Of a stretch of 64,000 nucleotides of DNA, positions 28,564-45,703 are shown piece by piece. The number at the start of each line of letters is the position of its first letter. Position 1 is the first letter of the stretch. The position numbers and the translations under genes were made by a program. The stretch is from the human T2T-CHM13v2.0 reference genome, Homo sapiens, in the NCBI RefSeq assembly GCF_009914755.1, contig NC_060931.1, one strand, 5' to 3'. The notes below the pieces were generated by a model that was given only the letters and a program-made list of their open reading frames with translations, had not been told where the DNA came from and ran no database searches.

Positions 28564-28713
28564 ATAATCCATCTTGTCATGTTCCATATGTAGCCTTCCA
28601 GGCTTTTCCAGATGAGCCTGGCTTGGTAATCATTATCTCTTCTAGGATCTTACAGCTCTATTTGGTGTTTGCACGTCTATTACTTTATTCTATAACTGAT
28701 TTTCTTACTAGTG

Positions 28714-28716
<3 letters not shown>

Positions 28717-28746
<30 letters not shown>
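28717..28746. repeat. (AC)15 microsatellite
   Basis: Read directly from the sequence. Confidence 0.97.
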
Positions 28747-28748
<2 letters not shown>

Positions 28749-29077
28749 TTCATAAATGTGACTCCCTATAACCCAATATACATTTTGGTATATTTGGATC
28801 ATTGAGTAAATACATTAAACTTTTTGTTTTCTTTTTTGTCTCAAAAACTTACAAATCATCTGGCTTTTAGGAGGTGATTTGTACACAAATTACATAAAAA
28901 GTGAATTTCTTTCATGGTGTTAACTGTTGAGAAAATCTTACGCCAACCTTTTCAGGAGCCATGGTGGTTCCGAGATGCTTTAAAAATAAATTACCAATCC
29001 TCTGTAATTTTGCGTCCTCTCATCTCACCTACTCATAATAAATGAAGAGAAGATATGTCATGCCTCACAGGCAATCA

Positions 29078-29408
29078 TATACTGATAAATATTTAATGAC
29101 TGGCTCTCAAAAAATATTAAAAATACCAATTTGTAGTGTTTGCTGATTTTTATGATATAAATACACCCACCATGACAGATGCCTAATTACCAACATGACA
29201 ACGCTGACCCTGGAGTTAGGAAGAGGTGTGTAGTGACACATCATCATATCTTTACCATCCATATATGATAGCTGTGAATAAACTCGAGGACATAAGTCAT
29301 AGTAAAATCCAATTTTTAATGATGGATATGTTTAACCACTGGCTTGAAACTTCCTGATATTTAATTATAAGCTCTCAACCACTGTGTGGGTTGGCTCCAG
29401 CACATCAG
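29078..29408. mobile_element. MER63-like hAT fossil
   Basis: ctgataaatatttaatgactggctctc...tttgtagtgtttgctgattt...ggctccagcacatca. Confidence 0.7.
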
Positions 29409-30884
29409 AAAAATGGATTGCAGCATATTCAGATTATATAATCACTCTCAGTAGCATAACAAGGATATTACTTGGCATAAAAATTTCATAAATTGATTAT
29501 AGACCCGTGTTATCAAGAAACATACTCTATATATTATTTCATCACTAGTGTTCCTTGAAACTGAATTTTACAAGGTTCTAACATTGTCACATGCCTCAAA
29601 TCATCCTCCAAAGATACTAATAATCTAGTTATTGAGTTATATAAATGTATAAGGAAGGTACGTGGGAAAAATATATAATAGTATGAATACATGGAATTAT
29701 GTTGATCATGACCATTATTCCTTAAGAGGAATATTATATTTTCAGAAAGATTTGAAGAACTTAAAGCTTATACCTCCAGTGGCCCACTAATTCACAGTCT
29801 AAAATGACAGAACATGATAAATTTCAATATCTTATACAATTTCTCATAGCCTCTGGCAGGAGCAATTCTTGAAACAGTAGGTGGAAATATACTCATTAAG
29901 CTGCAAAATTGCCTATATTCAGGACACCTGCCAAGCAAGCATTCCCTAAATTACCACCTGTTACCATAACATCAAAGACATCCAAAATACTTGCTTACTA
30001 ACTCTAGTCTCCCTAAGTATATATAATTTTCCTATAATGCTGCTTGATGGTAGAGCAGTATCTTAATTTCATATACATAAATCAAAGTTGTTTCTGGACA
30101 GCTAGGGCTCGAACCTGGTTTTCAACAGCTATTCCTGAGGTATAGTTGATCTTTAGTGTTCTATTTGATGTTGAGTTATAGTCACACTTTTTAACTTGTC
30201 CAGGTGTAAATGGTAGTTGCTGAGGCCTTTATATAAAGCAAATTTACTATCACTGATACATGAAAGAAAATCATTTTACTGATATTGTAGCACGGAAAGT
30301 TGTCAATGGATTATCTAAGATGATTAGAAGCTGTGGATAAATTAGTAGTAGGCCAATATATTTTGCTTGAGATCATGTGTCAATATAGCAGCATGCTCCG
30401 GAGCAGACATCTATAACTAATAATCATATAAATTCTGCTATATATGTCTATAGTCAGTCTATCCACATAGATTTTCAGTCATTGTTACATTCAGTAAATA
30501 GAATGTAACAATATCATGTGGAAACTTGGTTAGATAATTCTGCAAGACATATCAAATGGATGAGTGATAAGAGGAAACCAACTGCTTTATGACAAGCTGA
30601 GGTGGAGTGAATTGGTACAAGGACACCCAGAAGCACAATGTCAGGTGATGAAAAGGCTGTGTAATAATGAGAGGAAACAGTAATAGGAGAAGAGGAAATA
30701 ATTAGCAATCAGAAACATCGTGATTAGAAGAGTGCATAGGTTATGAGCTGATGAGGCTAAGCCCTAAACACCACCACTTTTTAATAAATGTGCCTACATT
30801 ATTACCCAAAAAGAGTTCTTTCAAAGAATTTTTGGCCACATTCACCCCCCCAGCCTCCAAGAAAGAGAGAGATAGAAGGGAGAC

Positions 30885-30888
<4 letters not shown>

Positions 30889-30938
<50 letters not shown>
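30889..30938. repeat. (AG)25 microsatellite
   Basis: Read directly from the sequence. Confidence 0.97.
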
Positions 30939-30942
<4 letters not shown>

Positions 30943-30984
30943 TGTTGAGGGGCTAATGTGAGCCATGGTGGTTTTATTCATCAC

Positions 30985-31237
30985 TATAACAGTAGTTTAG
31001 AGACTACAGGTTCAGGGGCCAGACAGCATGGATTCGAAAGTGAGCAATATCATTTCTTTTGTGACCTTAGGCAAGTGACTTAAACTCTTTATATCTCTGT
31101 TTCCTCATTTGTGAAATGCTGATTGAAATGATATCATATTTCATAAGGACATTGTGAGGGTTAAATGGAATAATGCAAAGAAAGCCCTTGGCACTGCCTA
31201 CTGTGATGAAACTGTTCCAAAAAGTCAGCTATTATTT
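30985..31237 (+). mobile_element. MIR, near full length
   Basis: Core tgtgaccttaggcaagtgacttaaactc...ctgtttcctcatttgtgaaatg...gctattatt. Confidence 0.85.
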
Positions 31238-32199
31238 TCGTCCCCACTGCCTAATATGTAGGGTGTCAGTAACAGTAAATAAATGTTGAGGTTGAATGAA
31301 TTCACATTACCATCCAAGATACTTTCAAAAATAACCAGGAAAAAAGGCATACATCCCTTTAGAGGAAGATGAAGAAAAATGTTATTGCAGCACGGGAGAG
31401 CACTGTATTCTTATTAAGGAGTTTATGTTCTGGATAGAACTTCATAGGAGGCATGGCATTGATCATCACTGGTCTTTTATCATCATTATCATTATAGTTT
31501 GGTGGCCGTTGTTGGCATAAATCAAAATCATAGAATTGTAGATTTGGATGAGAGTGTAAAGGTTATTTAGTGTGCTTTACTATAATAGGATCATCTGCTA
31601 TAATATCCGTGAGCATGTCGCCTCTGGTCACGTATCCACAGAGAATAATCTCATTGTTGGCTTTAGAAATAAAATAAATACCTGAGAGTCCATAATGGCA
31701 ATTTTAAAAAAATGAATACATTGAGCATAACCACAAGCATAAATTATATGGCTTAATTATTTTGACACGCACACACATACACAGGCACATGTATAAGTTT
31801 TATATATAGAAGTATATATAAATGTAATATTTGCCCTTTCTTGGTGCTTTACATAATACTCATGCACTGTTTCACTAATCCTTTGTCTTCCCAGAACCTT
31901 AGTTATATTTAGCAATGTTATTTCACAATTTACAAAAGAAACACAACTTATTTTGACTCCGACATTATGGACATTTCTGGGGATACTGCTTTTTGGATTG
32001 AGTTCTAAAGTTGGACATAAATAATTAGATCAACATTGTGGAGAAAATATACTATAATTTAAATTTTACGTTGTTATTTTTATTAATGTGGGTACAATAA
32101 AATAATAAACATGACAGCATTAATTAAACTATGAAATAGCATCTCACAAAATTGCTAAAATTGTAACAATCAGCAAAATCCTCTCTACTCCGAACCTCT

Positions 32200-34042
32200 T
32201 CTCCTAGAGTCACATGCATCTTTTGGCTCCTGTTTCTCCTCTGAAGAACACTGCAGCCTTACAAGGTCATAACTGTTTCACCTCCTTTAAACTTCCAGGC
32301 ATACGCATGCTCCTCTCTTCAGTCACACTCACTTGGATAAACCTCAGCTCACACCAAATCCAGTCCCTGCCTACTCTGTTTAATCATGGAGGCAACTAAG
32401 TCAGGCTGGAGAAAAACATGCAACTTTGATGACTTGTCTCACTGTGTTTCACGACCATTGAATTAAATGGGCTGTTTCTGCTGTCTGGGCACCATCCCAT
32501 TCATAAACTCCAGATGTCAACACAGCAATTGTCTCTTCTTTTTTCTGTTTCTCGATTTTACCTTTCTACTCTATCACTTCCATCGTCATAATAACATGCT
32601 GTTATTTTTCCTTTCAAATAAGAATAAAAAAAAGGAATCTCGATCTGACAGGCTAGTTGAGTTCCTGCCTATTTCTCTGCACGTCTTTTGGTAGATCTCC
32701 TGGAGAGTTATTTTTTATACTCACTGTCTGTACTGTTTCCTGCTGCAATTATGTTTTGAACACCTCAAGTTTAGCTTTTGTGCTCACTACTCTATCAAAA
32801 TATGTCTTGTCAGTGTTACCAATGGTTTTCACATGGCTCAGTCCAACAGTCAATTCACATTCCTCATTTATGGACCTATCAGAAACATTTAACACAGTTG
32901 TCCTTTTTTTCTGGAATACTTTTGCTTGGCCTCTGGAACCCCTTCCCTATCCACTTCTTTACTGTCTCATTGGCTGGAACTTCTTTTCCTCTAAAAATTA
33001 GAGCGCCTCAGATTTTCTTTCTCAAACTTCTCTATGTAAATCACTCTTTAGGTGATCTCACTCAGCATCATGGCTCTAAATATTATTTATATTCTGAGGA
33101 AAAAAATACATAGATACCTTTACTCAGAACTGTTTCCCAAACTCCACATTTTCAAATCCAGACTTCATTTTCTCCACTTCAGTGATGTAAATTCTCAAAT
33201 GGAGAATGCACTAAATGCACTAAAAATGAAAATCCTTCCAATTCCCCAAAAGCCTCTTTGTTCCAGTTCCCCATCTCATTAACTGACAATTCCAACCTTT
33301 TAGCTTTGGTCAAAAATATTGGAGTCAGTCATTTTTTTCCCTTCACTCCTTACTTTCCCTGTCATATAAAAAATAACTAATCAAAATATATGTTGTCTCT
33401 GCCTTCAAGATATGTCTAGAATCTAATTACTTTTGCACTACCACCATTGGGCAAGCCATTTTCTCTTACCTAAATTATTGCAATAACTTGCTACCTGTTT
33501 TCTCTTCTTCTGCCTTGAACCCATGAATAATCTATGCTCAATCTACTAGCTAAAATAATCATTCAATATTAGAGACACATTGTGTCTCTTCTCTACTCAA
33601 AGCCCTCTAATTGTTTTCTGTCAAAGCCCTCCAATTATTTTCTGTCTCACTCATAATAAAAGCCACAGGTTATACAATGCCTCCTATAAGTCTAACATGG
33701 TCTGGGATCCCGTATTTCCTCTCTGATCTCATTGTGTTCTACTCTTCTTCTTGCTAGGCATATTCTACCTGTGCCTAGAACTATCCACTTTCCTTCCTCC
33801 TTTTATGTCTATACCTAAATATATCCACCAATCAGGCCATTTCCCTGATCATCTTATAGATAAAAATCTGAACTCCCTTTTTCCCCGCCGCCCATAATTC
33901 TTCTCCTCCTTATATTATGCTTTAATGTATTCCAGCGCTCACAACACTTGGCTTACCATCAGCTTTTTGGTTGCTTGTGTGAGCCCTCTCACACAAAGTT
34001 TAGATAGCTATAGAGACAGAGAGCCAGAAAGACGACAGACAG

Positions 34043-34094
<52 letters not shown>

Positions 34095-34165
34095 CTCTAG
34101 TTTTATGTACTACTGCATCGTTTGTGCTTACAATGCCTAGAATATAAGACACTAAATAATTTTTT
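32200..34165. mobile_element. L2 remnant, degraded and with interruptions
   Basis: L2-like motifs ggacctatcagaaacatttaacacagttg, catggctctaaatattatttata, atgtctagaatctaattactt and acaatgcctagaatata...ttttgaatgaa. Confidence 0.7.
34043..34094. repeat. (AGAT)13 tetranucleotide STR
   Basis: Read directly; uninterrupted. Confidence 0.97.
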
Positions 34166-35794
34166 GAATGAAATACTTAAGAAATTAATTATGTACTCTA
34201 TGCTTTTGATGGCATTCTGTAAAACTATGTGTAAAATGTTGATTTATAGAGATTTATATTTCCCGTTAATTTCCGTTATGCTTTCTGAAACATGTTTCTC
34301 TGGGGAGTGAAATGACCTTAAACATACTTAAGGGTTAGTCTAACATTTGTCTTTGAGAGCATTTTCTCTTCGGAAGCTGGCCACCTAGACACATTAATTT
34401 TTCCCACACAATACTGGTTAAAGAGGTATTTCAGTGGCTAGCGATCCTCAACCATTCGTAAGCAACACTCCATAATAGTCAGTTTTCAGGAGCAGGAAAA
34501 TGAAGGCTAATCCTAGGGCACCCATGATACCTGGCTGTGCTAAGTAGCAAAATTACGGGCATTTTCTTTTCATTACAACTCACGTACTGCAAATATGTTA
34601 TCTGCATTTTGACATTAAATTATATTGCCACATAAAATATGTTTAAATAATCTTATTTTTGTTCTCATTAGTACCCAACTTAAAAATACTTACAAAATAG
34701 TTAATAATAAATACTTTAAAAAGACGTTTTAAAATAAATAAAAATAAACACTTTAAAATCGCTCACAAAGCACTACTTTCATTTCCGATGCATTTTTTCT
34801 CCATTTTTTGCACACATAATCATATTCTAAAAGGTGAGGTGGAAAGAGTTACTGGTCCTAAAATATCTGTTCGTAATGTTTTGATTATACTTGTGCTTTG
34901 GGTGTGTACACGTTTACATATATGCATATATGTGTGTTTGTATCCAGGCATGCGTATGTATTCTGTACCTTTTTAGTACTTGTATTGTTGCATCGCTGAA
35001 TACACAATATAATTTTTACTTATCCTTTTTATGACCCATTTGACCTCCATGAGAAAACATGTGGCATATTCCCTTATTCATCTATGCATTTCCAAAACCT
35101 AGCTTAGTACTTGACATATAATAGCTGGTCAGTAAATTTGCTTTATTTTATACTGAAATATATTGCTCTAAGCCAGATTTTCACAAATTGTTATGAGAGA
35201 TATAGTAATTCTGCAATATGTGAGTAATAATATTCTAGGGTTTCACATACAGAATAATCTGAATAATGAACTCCCTCTTGGGATGCTGTAATGTTCATTA
35301 ACATAATTATACTCTCTAAGAAACTAAAAATTACCAACAAAAGGCAATCGTTTTAACACTGCTTAAGATATAAACAACTAATTTTCCCATTTCCTTTTTT
35401 AAATATATCTCCCCTGATATCTTAATTTTAGAAGCAGATTGCATTATGATAAATACTTACAGAGTGACTAGAATATTGTTTGGCATAGATCTAGGTTGAT
35501 AATGACATTAATGAACTTTGCAAACCGAGTTCAATTCCAGAAATGGGTACTGTACTTTTCTGAGAAATTGCTATCTCATGTGGCAGATAACTTATATATA
35601 TGAAAAAGTATAGTAAGAAATTTGAGGAATTTTGACTTAAATGTGTGAAGAATTTTTATAATTGCTGTGCCTACAGTGAAAATGGCTATTTTGTCACCTA
35701 AACAGTCAGGGAGAACTTGGAAATGTGAAAGTCCTTAAAATTCTACTGCTTACTGTAGTCTCAGTATGAAATAATGTAATTATGTTTACTTGTA

Positions 35795-36330
35795 AGTTAT
35801 CCTATGGTTGCAGATAGGAAGACTCGATACTATAAATATGTCAATTCTTCCTATATCAACCCATATTTATGTTAATATAAAAGTAAAAAATAAGCCAACA
35901 GTGTGTTTGAACAAAATAAGCTTATTTTAGAGTTTATATGATAAAAGAAGTATGCAAAAAAATCTGCGAAATTATGTTGAAGAAAAACAACATGGGAGAG
36001 CTAGCTCTATAAGATATTAAAACATATAAAGTCTCAATAAATAGAACAGTATGATACTGGTTCAAAGAAACAAAACAGGAATATGTGCAAATACATAGGA
36101 AAAATTATTATACATAGGAAATGGTATGAATGCAAAAAAAGTAGAAGAATTAAGTTGACTCCATATACCATTTCTTATACAGGCAAAATTCCAAGAAAAT
36201 AAAAGATCTAAATGAACTAAAGTGGTAGCAATTAGAAGAGTGAATATAATTTTAAAGAAAGTAAAAAAAATAAATAAATAAAGATTGAACCCAAATGGAT
36301 GTACAAAGCATTCAAAACAAGAATCCACAA
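35795..36330 (+). mobile_element. Old L1M ORF2 fragment
   Basis: gataggaagactcgatactataaatatgtcaattcttcc...acagtatgatactgg is a degenerate homologue of the L1 at 37770-38050. Confidence 0.7.
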
Positions 36331-37444
36331 AAACTTGTAGGTAAAGACAAATGTTTTATTTTGGGAATAATGCAGAAAATGGTATCAAAATTGACTTGAG
36401 TTAAATAATCAATTTGAAGTTGTGGAAACCTGAGGATGTCATATGCTCAGTATGAAAACTGGGTTTGATGTTAGGGAAAGATGTATGTTAATTTGCACGG
36501 AGACCCTTAAGATTATATGCGGCTATAGAGGGAAATGTGGCTATGATCTTAAGGATGAGTTTTTGGCGGCATCCACTGAAAAGATGTAAAAAGTAGGAGA
36601 GTAACTTGAGTGCATAGACTAGGCATGTCAAGACCTCAAGGGAAGAGGTAGTTTGAAGAATTTATTAGGTGATCAACAGCATCTAATGTTGCAATAGGTG
36701 TTTATTCATACAGAGTAAGATAAGAGATAGAAAGACAGCAAAGGAAAGAACATGCAGGGATATTGCTTCTAAGTTTTCCACTATGACTTTCAATGATCTT
36801 CAATTTCCATTTCCACAAAGAATGTTTACTTGATATTTAAAAGGAAATTAATTGTAGGCATCTCTTATTTCCTTTGTATTTTAATGAGTCATCATTTCAA
36901 AACTTTTGTCACATGTCAGTGTTAAATATGACATAACTACGTTGCCCTTGATACTAGTTAAAATTAAATTTTTTACTGATTGGAAAATACACATAGTGAT
37001 TTATTTCAGAGGGTAAAAAATATTATACTAAAGTCTATTAAGAATCAGTTGTGCTAGGAGTCTCCTTCAATGTGTTTCAAATATTTGGTGTGTTCCAAAT
37101 TAAGACAGAGTGGAGAACGAAAACTTTCAAGTTTGAAACACCAAAGATTGTATAGGATGGGGGAGACCAAATACTATTAAAATTCACCAGGGTCATTCTA
37201 TCTTGGAGGTCTCTTAGGAATCCATGTTCCATCTCTTCCGTTATTCCCAGATAACAGCATGATTTTGCCATTGTCTTCAATTTCCAGATGCATTAGAAGT
37301 GTGGCAAGATACAATTAGAGTGTGTAACTTAAATGCTAGTAAGACCTATTCAAGCAAGCATAGGGCTCTGCACTTACAGAAATGTACAAGTAAATCTAAT
37401 TTACTAAAATATATTTAGTACATGTAAATTTAAAATATTGCGAT

Positions 37445-39417
<1,973 letters not shown>

Positions 39418-39614
39418 AAAATACTGCAATATCTTCCCGCCTTTTACACTGTTTTTTAATAATTATTTTATATCCTTTCTAAACTGAAAGTTCCATGGAC
39501 ATAGAGACTATGTCTTGTTTCTTTATTGTATTCATTTCACTGTATGGCTAGAAACTAGGGCTGGCCATTTTGTGTATTATTGTACTTGTTCCATATCTCA
39601 TATTATCAGATGAT

Positions 39615-39740
39615 TGATATTATTATCATCATTGTTTTCATTTTACCAATGAGGAAATGGATTCAGAGATTAAACACCTTGCTCTGGATCAAACATAACT
39701 CTTACTCTGGAAGCCAAATTCTTAGCCACCTCATGGTGTT
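39615..39740 (-). mobile_element. MIR fragment
   Basis: cattttaccaatgaggaaatggattcagagattaaacaccttgc. Confidence 0.65.
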
Positions 39741-41753
39741 GCCCTAGTACCTCAACTGTATTAATGCACTTAGTATAGTCATGTTATGCAGAAAAAAGGA
39801 CTCTAAGATGGTGGAGGGTCTCAGAGCCAAGTTATGTCACTAATGAACTACAGATATTCAATGTAAATTCAGGAAGAAATAAGAGAGGTATGTAAACTCT
39901 CATGAATATTTGAGGTTTGCCATATCATGGATGATAATAATCATGCTGAAGTATTATTTCTGTTAGTATTATTATTTTAATTATTAGCATTTGAATCCAC
40001 AAAAAGAAGATAGAATGAAGTGTGGTAGATGTAACACATTTTAATTCAATAGTGAGCATAGTTGAATAACTGGCATAGTGATACGACTGATATGATTCAT
40101 CTTTACTGCTGGTGACTAGGCAGATAGTAGATGATTATCTGTCTCGAATGCTGTTGAAAAGTCTAAAAGTGCTGAGCTAACTTCTTCCAAGTGTTATGAA
40201 TCTATGGAATTTAGTATAGTGCTCAACATTTATCATGTTGAGAATAAGATTTCCATTGACTTGAGAAAAGTAAAACATAATCTATAAGGCAGGAATATCA
40301 GCTGTTGTTATTCCCTAAGGTCAACTTAAATGTAAACCTCTGATTTACATAGAACATTAATATGTATGTATACATTTTTAGAAGCAGATTTGATTGCAGT
40401 CATAAATTTGCTAAAGTCCTAAATGCATTGTTGGCATCCAACCATTTACTGTTTTGGCATAATTATTAATATACTTACTATTATTCTGCCTATGAATGTG
40501 AATGAGTGTGATATCAGAATAATTAGAATGAGTCATATTATAAATCCTCTGTCCAACTTTGAATTATATTGTATGTATGCTTGAGCATTATAGATGTAAA
40601 AAGTGACATGAGTTCTACATGGAATATAATACAAGTATTACATCAAGACATTTTCATGTAGATTATTTTAGTAGTCGTAGAATTTTACTACATTGAAGGA
40701 ATTGATATTATGACATTTTTGATAGGCAAACCAAGAGTGACCCTTTCAAATTGTACAATGTCAACTTCTATGAAGAAAGATAATTGAATATTGTTATTTG
40801 TTATTTAGAAGATTGAAAAATTTCAGTCATATTGTCATAGTCTGTTGATTGATTAAGCCTAGCCATAAGTCTATAACATTCATTTTTATGTTTTGTCTCT
40901 TTTGTATGGTTATGTGGAATCGATGCTATTACTTTGACCTCCAATATTTAATTCAACAAGCAGAAATATAACCTTTTCACTTGACAAAACCCACTTATTT
41001 TGCTTGAGAAATTATAAAACAAAACCAGCAGGTGCCTGAGATTCAGTACTTGAAATTATCATTTAAAGCAAAGTGTCTTGTATGGTTTCAACATTGTTCA
41101 CTCCATTTTCTGGCAGCTGACACTCATTTACTCTCAACAAGTGAATAAGCAGTCGGTGAGTGTCCCTGATGTCAAGGAGCTGTCATAATTTCCATGGAGT
41201 TAGCTCTGTTTGGCATTACAGAAATTCACTGTGATCCTGCTGACAACTCTTTTGTATAGTCATAAAGTATACAGCAGAACAGTTTGTCCCAGGGCTAAGG
41301 TCAGGCTTTTTATTTTGCTATTATGAGAAATCAATAAATACACAATACTATTTGTCTTATTTATTCTAAGGAAGGAGGAGACCAAGGCATATTTTCCTCC
41401 TTCTAATTCAAAATATTTCTAACATTATTATTAGATTAGTACTGATGGGTCAGTCAGTACTACAGGAAAACAAAATATGTAGAAACAGTGATAGTCTGTC
41501 AAAGTTTCGAGCTAATTTCAAACAGATTGGGTAACGTTTGAATCTTCTATGGAAGCATTCCCCAATGTTTAATCTTCAAGATATCTCTGAATTTATCTTC
41601 ATCAGATGTTGGATATGTCCCATGTGTCCAATGATCACACTTCTGCTTGACTTCCAGCCCCAGCCCTTGCTCCTCTACCTGGAGTTGCTTCCACTTCACA
41701 CACGAATGGGCATTTAGGCTGCCATAACCCAAACTCAACGAGCCTAAAACTAG

Positions 41754-42090
<337 letters not shown>

Positions 42091-44180
42091 TTCACCATCT
42101 TTCTTCTTAAATCACTTATTAACTTGGGATTTGTCACAATTTTATCATCCAAACCTAAAATTTTCCCTCATGTGCTTCCAAAATCTTCTGAATTTACATA
42201 TTCTCTTAATATTCTCCTTCAAGTTTACCATGCCTCAGTCCCTTTACTTGCTTTAATGGTATTTATTCCTTTCTTCATTTTGTAAAAAGGACACATTCAT
42301 TTAAAGGAAGCAGAAAATGCAGAAAGATTAAAAGGACATAAAAACCCCTTGCAATGTTATCTATATTTAAGCATTATTAATATTTGGAGCTAAACGTCAT
42401 GTTCTCCATCTTTTAATGTTAAACTAAACAAATACTTTATAAAGTATTTCTTGATCATGGCAGCAGGATGCATTCTCTTTTTCTTGCTGCCTGTCAATAT
42501 CACTTGAGTGGCATATACAGTCCTATTGAAGATATTCGTGCAAATATATTGTTCCTTTTTCCAGGTTTAAAACTCTTTAAGGCCAAGGCACATGCTTATA
42601 CATTTCTTTGTTTAAGACAGATCTGGTACAGTGTATAATGTTAATTCAATATTTGTTGAATGAATATGCTTAATAATTCAGATCTATTTGAATTATCACC
42701 GTGAATAAACAAGTTTAATTCTCTTCTATAGAATGAAAATATGTGTGAGTAAGCTGGTTAGGAGGAAGTGAAATTTTTTATTCAGTTAATAATGACAATA
42801 CAGATTACGTGCTTCAGTGAAGCAAATTCCTTTGTATAAAGTACAATACATTGTTGGGTTCACAATTGCAGAGTCATAAGAAAATGTATTTCTCCTCATA
42901 TTTCTCTCTTACAGAATGTACCATTCAAAATAATTGATGTAAGTATAAAGAATTGTCTTTTTGTGCTACTAAAATTTCCACTACTTATTTTCATTTGTCT
43001 TCCCAGCACTTCTTCTGATCAATTGTATATTTTTAAGGCTTTTGGTATTCATTGTTGATATTCCATTTCATTTTATATGTTCTATCTCTAACAATTTCAT
43101 CTTTTTTGGGGGATGATCTCCCTTTTTTCTGTGTATAATTTTAAATTTCAAATTTCACTGTCTCAGCAACATGTAGTGTACATACCTCTTACTTTCTCCT
43201 AAACTAGTCAGATTGCATCCTATTTTTTGCAGAAATAATTCAAAGTTTTTCCTCTTTATAAATAAAATTATTTCCAAGTTAGGGAAATAAAGACAGAAAT
43301 CCAGCCATACTAAATAAGTAGTACTATAGAACTGCTTTCCCAAGACCATGCATACTTGGAGACACTCAAGGATTATGGCATTTGTCAGTCCATTTTATTA
43401 CTAGGTCTCAAAAATCTCATTTACTCTTTCCTACTTCAAATGACCCAAGTTTCTTCACATTGATCATCTAAGTTTTGCATTCTTTGGTTAGAGTTTCATC
43501 AAAAAGCACCTAGTGTTGCACTCACATGCATCTTATTCTGATGATCAGGTGGTATTGTTTTGTCTTCTTCTGTAGTGAGCATTATCTGTATTTGCACCCA
43601 CCCCATAGCTGCAGTAGTATTTATTCACATTTCTAATTTTAGGATTGTGGAATTTTTTTCCATCACAAACAAATAGGATTTTATATTTTTCTTCCACATA
43701 GTCCAAGGGTCATTCTGAAAACAGGATTTCTCATGTGTCACCCCAATACTGCACTGTTATAGTATTCTGCTGTGAATACTGTGACTACTAATTCACTATA
43801 TCTACATTTGAAAATTGAAACATCAGTCTGTTTGCTGTTCATTTTGTGACAAACTTAAAACACTTGAGCTTTTTGAAGGTCTTGGTACATAAATTTTTAT
43901 CATATACCTAAAAACACTCAGATACTACTGCTGAGAGATTTTGGGCCATGGTAGAGGTGTTTGTCCAAAAATAGAAAAAAGTAATTGGTTAAGAAATATA
44001 TACAAGTAAACAGAATTATTTCTAGGTAAGTTTTATTCTACTCAATAATACAAAATGCACTTTGCATGGCATTGTTGTGAGATGTCCATTATAGGCCTTC
44101 CTACATTTGATTAGAAAAAGTTATCATAATTCTAGATAGTATAGGAATCAGCTGGAGATTTCTTAGGTCTAACTCCAGAC

Positions 44181-44375
44181 CAGTGGTTCACAAAGCATGC
44201 TTATAAGACCAGAAACATCATCACCTGAGTACATGGTAGATAAGTAAATAATGGTCTGCACCCCAGACACAGCGAATCAGAAACTCTGAGGGCAGAGCTC
44301 TGCAAGCTGTGATTGAACAAGTCTCCCAGGTGAGTTCCATGAACACTAAAGGCTGAAACTCGGCGAGAACCATTG
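44181..44375. mobile_element. MER5A hAT-Charlie MITE
   Basis: Terminal inverted repeats cagtggttc...gagaaccattg, with internal gaatcagaaactctg. Confidence 0.85.
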
Positions 44376-45422
44376 TTTTTAACCAATTAAAATACAATCT
44401 TCAGGTGAGTCATATACACTGCCAAAATTGAGAAAGCTTGAGAATCACCGAATAATAATCATCATCATTTTCAGGTGGTACTTGGTAAATTTACAAACAT
44501 GTAAACCTGTGGGATTTGCCTAGCCAGTCACACATTTATTAGGATTATTCTCGTGTAGTCGTCTCCTAGGAGAGAGCAGAGCCCTGGGTGATAGGAAAGG
44601 CTTGAAACATGAGCAGCACCCAAACAGAGTAGTTTTGGAAGACTTGACATGGCAGGAAAAAGGTGCACATTTGACAGGTAAGGAGAACCTGCATGTTCGG
44701 AACCTAAATATTACTGGCTTTGTTGACTTTGTGTTTGTGTGTGCAAATTTGGAGTGCAATGGGATAATGCTAAAAATGTGGCAAGAATGAAAATACTAGA
44801 GCATAATGTAGGTAGATAATATTAAGGTCAGAATAAAGGAAAAATATAGGGAATTCAGCATTAGTGAAAGTAGTTAATTTAATATTCTACTATCATCTCA
44901 AAATATGACAATATTTTAAATCCCATTTTTGAGACATGATTGCACTTTCTTCTTAATAGCTCCTCCTCTAATAATCTTGATTTATATCTATGCAAATCTA
45001 GACTTCTAATGGTTCCGGTTGTTTTAAACATGTAATCTGGTCTCTCAACTCAAGTAGTTATTCTAGATTTAGAAACAGTGCTAGTCATCTGTTAGCACTT
45101 TAACACGTAAACCTATCCTGAATTGGAATATGTTTTGAAAATGTTCCATCCCCAGAGTAATTTTGTTCTTGCCTTGAGCCCCTGGTGCCCCAATGCTGTT
45201 TATACATTAATTTAGTCTCTTATATGCTTAAGAAGAAAGTATATGAATGCAAATGAGAAAGTCCCAACCTCTGGGATTTGAATCTGAAATTTAAAACAAG
45301 CTAAAAGAGCATCAAAAATGGAAGCAGGATTACCAATAACATTTATGATTTAATGATTTCAGGAAGCATTAAAATGATAGTTGTGTATTTATAAGCAAAG
45401 CCGTTTATGTATTTTGCTTTTA

Positions 45423-45703
45423 CTTATTTCATTTTTGAGATAAGGCCTCGCTCTGTCGCCAAGGCTGGGGTGCAGTGGTGCAATCACAGCTCACTCAGCC
45501 TCTGCTTCCCTTGCTCAGCTTCCTGAGTAGCTAGGGCTACAGGCGAACCCCATTAGGCCCAGCTAATTTTTGCTTTATTTTTTTGTCGATACAGAGTCTC
45601 ACTATGTTGCCCAGTCTATTCTCAAGCCCCTGGGCTCAAGGAATCTTCCCCCTTCAGCTTCCCAAAGTGCTGGGATTATAGGCGCGAGCCACCGCACCTG
45701 GTC
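45423..45703 (-). mobile_element. AluJ with an internal deletion
   Basis: Reverse AluJ; TSD tattttgctttta on both sides. Confidence 0.92.

Noticed and set aside
33597-33646. 24-bp imperfect tandem duplication
   Set aside because: Ordinary decayed slippage duplication inside an L2.
41148-41161. Resemblance to the miR-181a 3' half (gtcggtgagt)
   Set aside because: No seed match and no hairpin.
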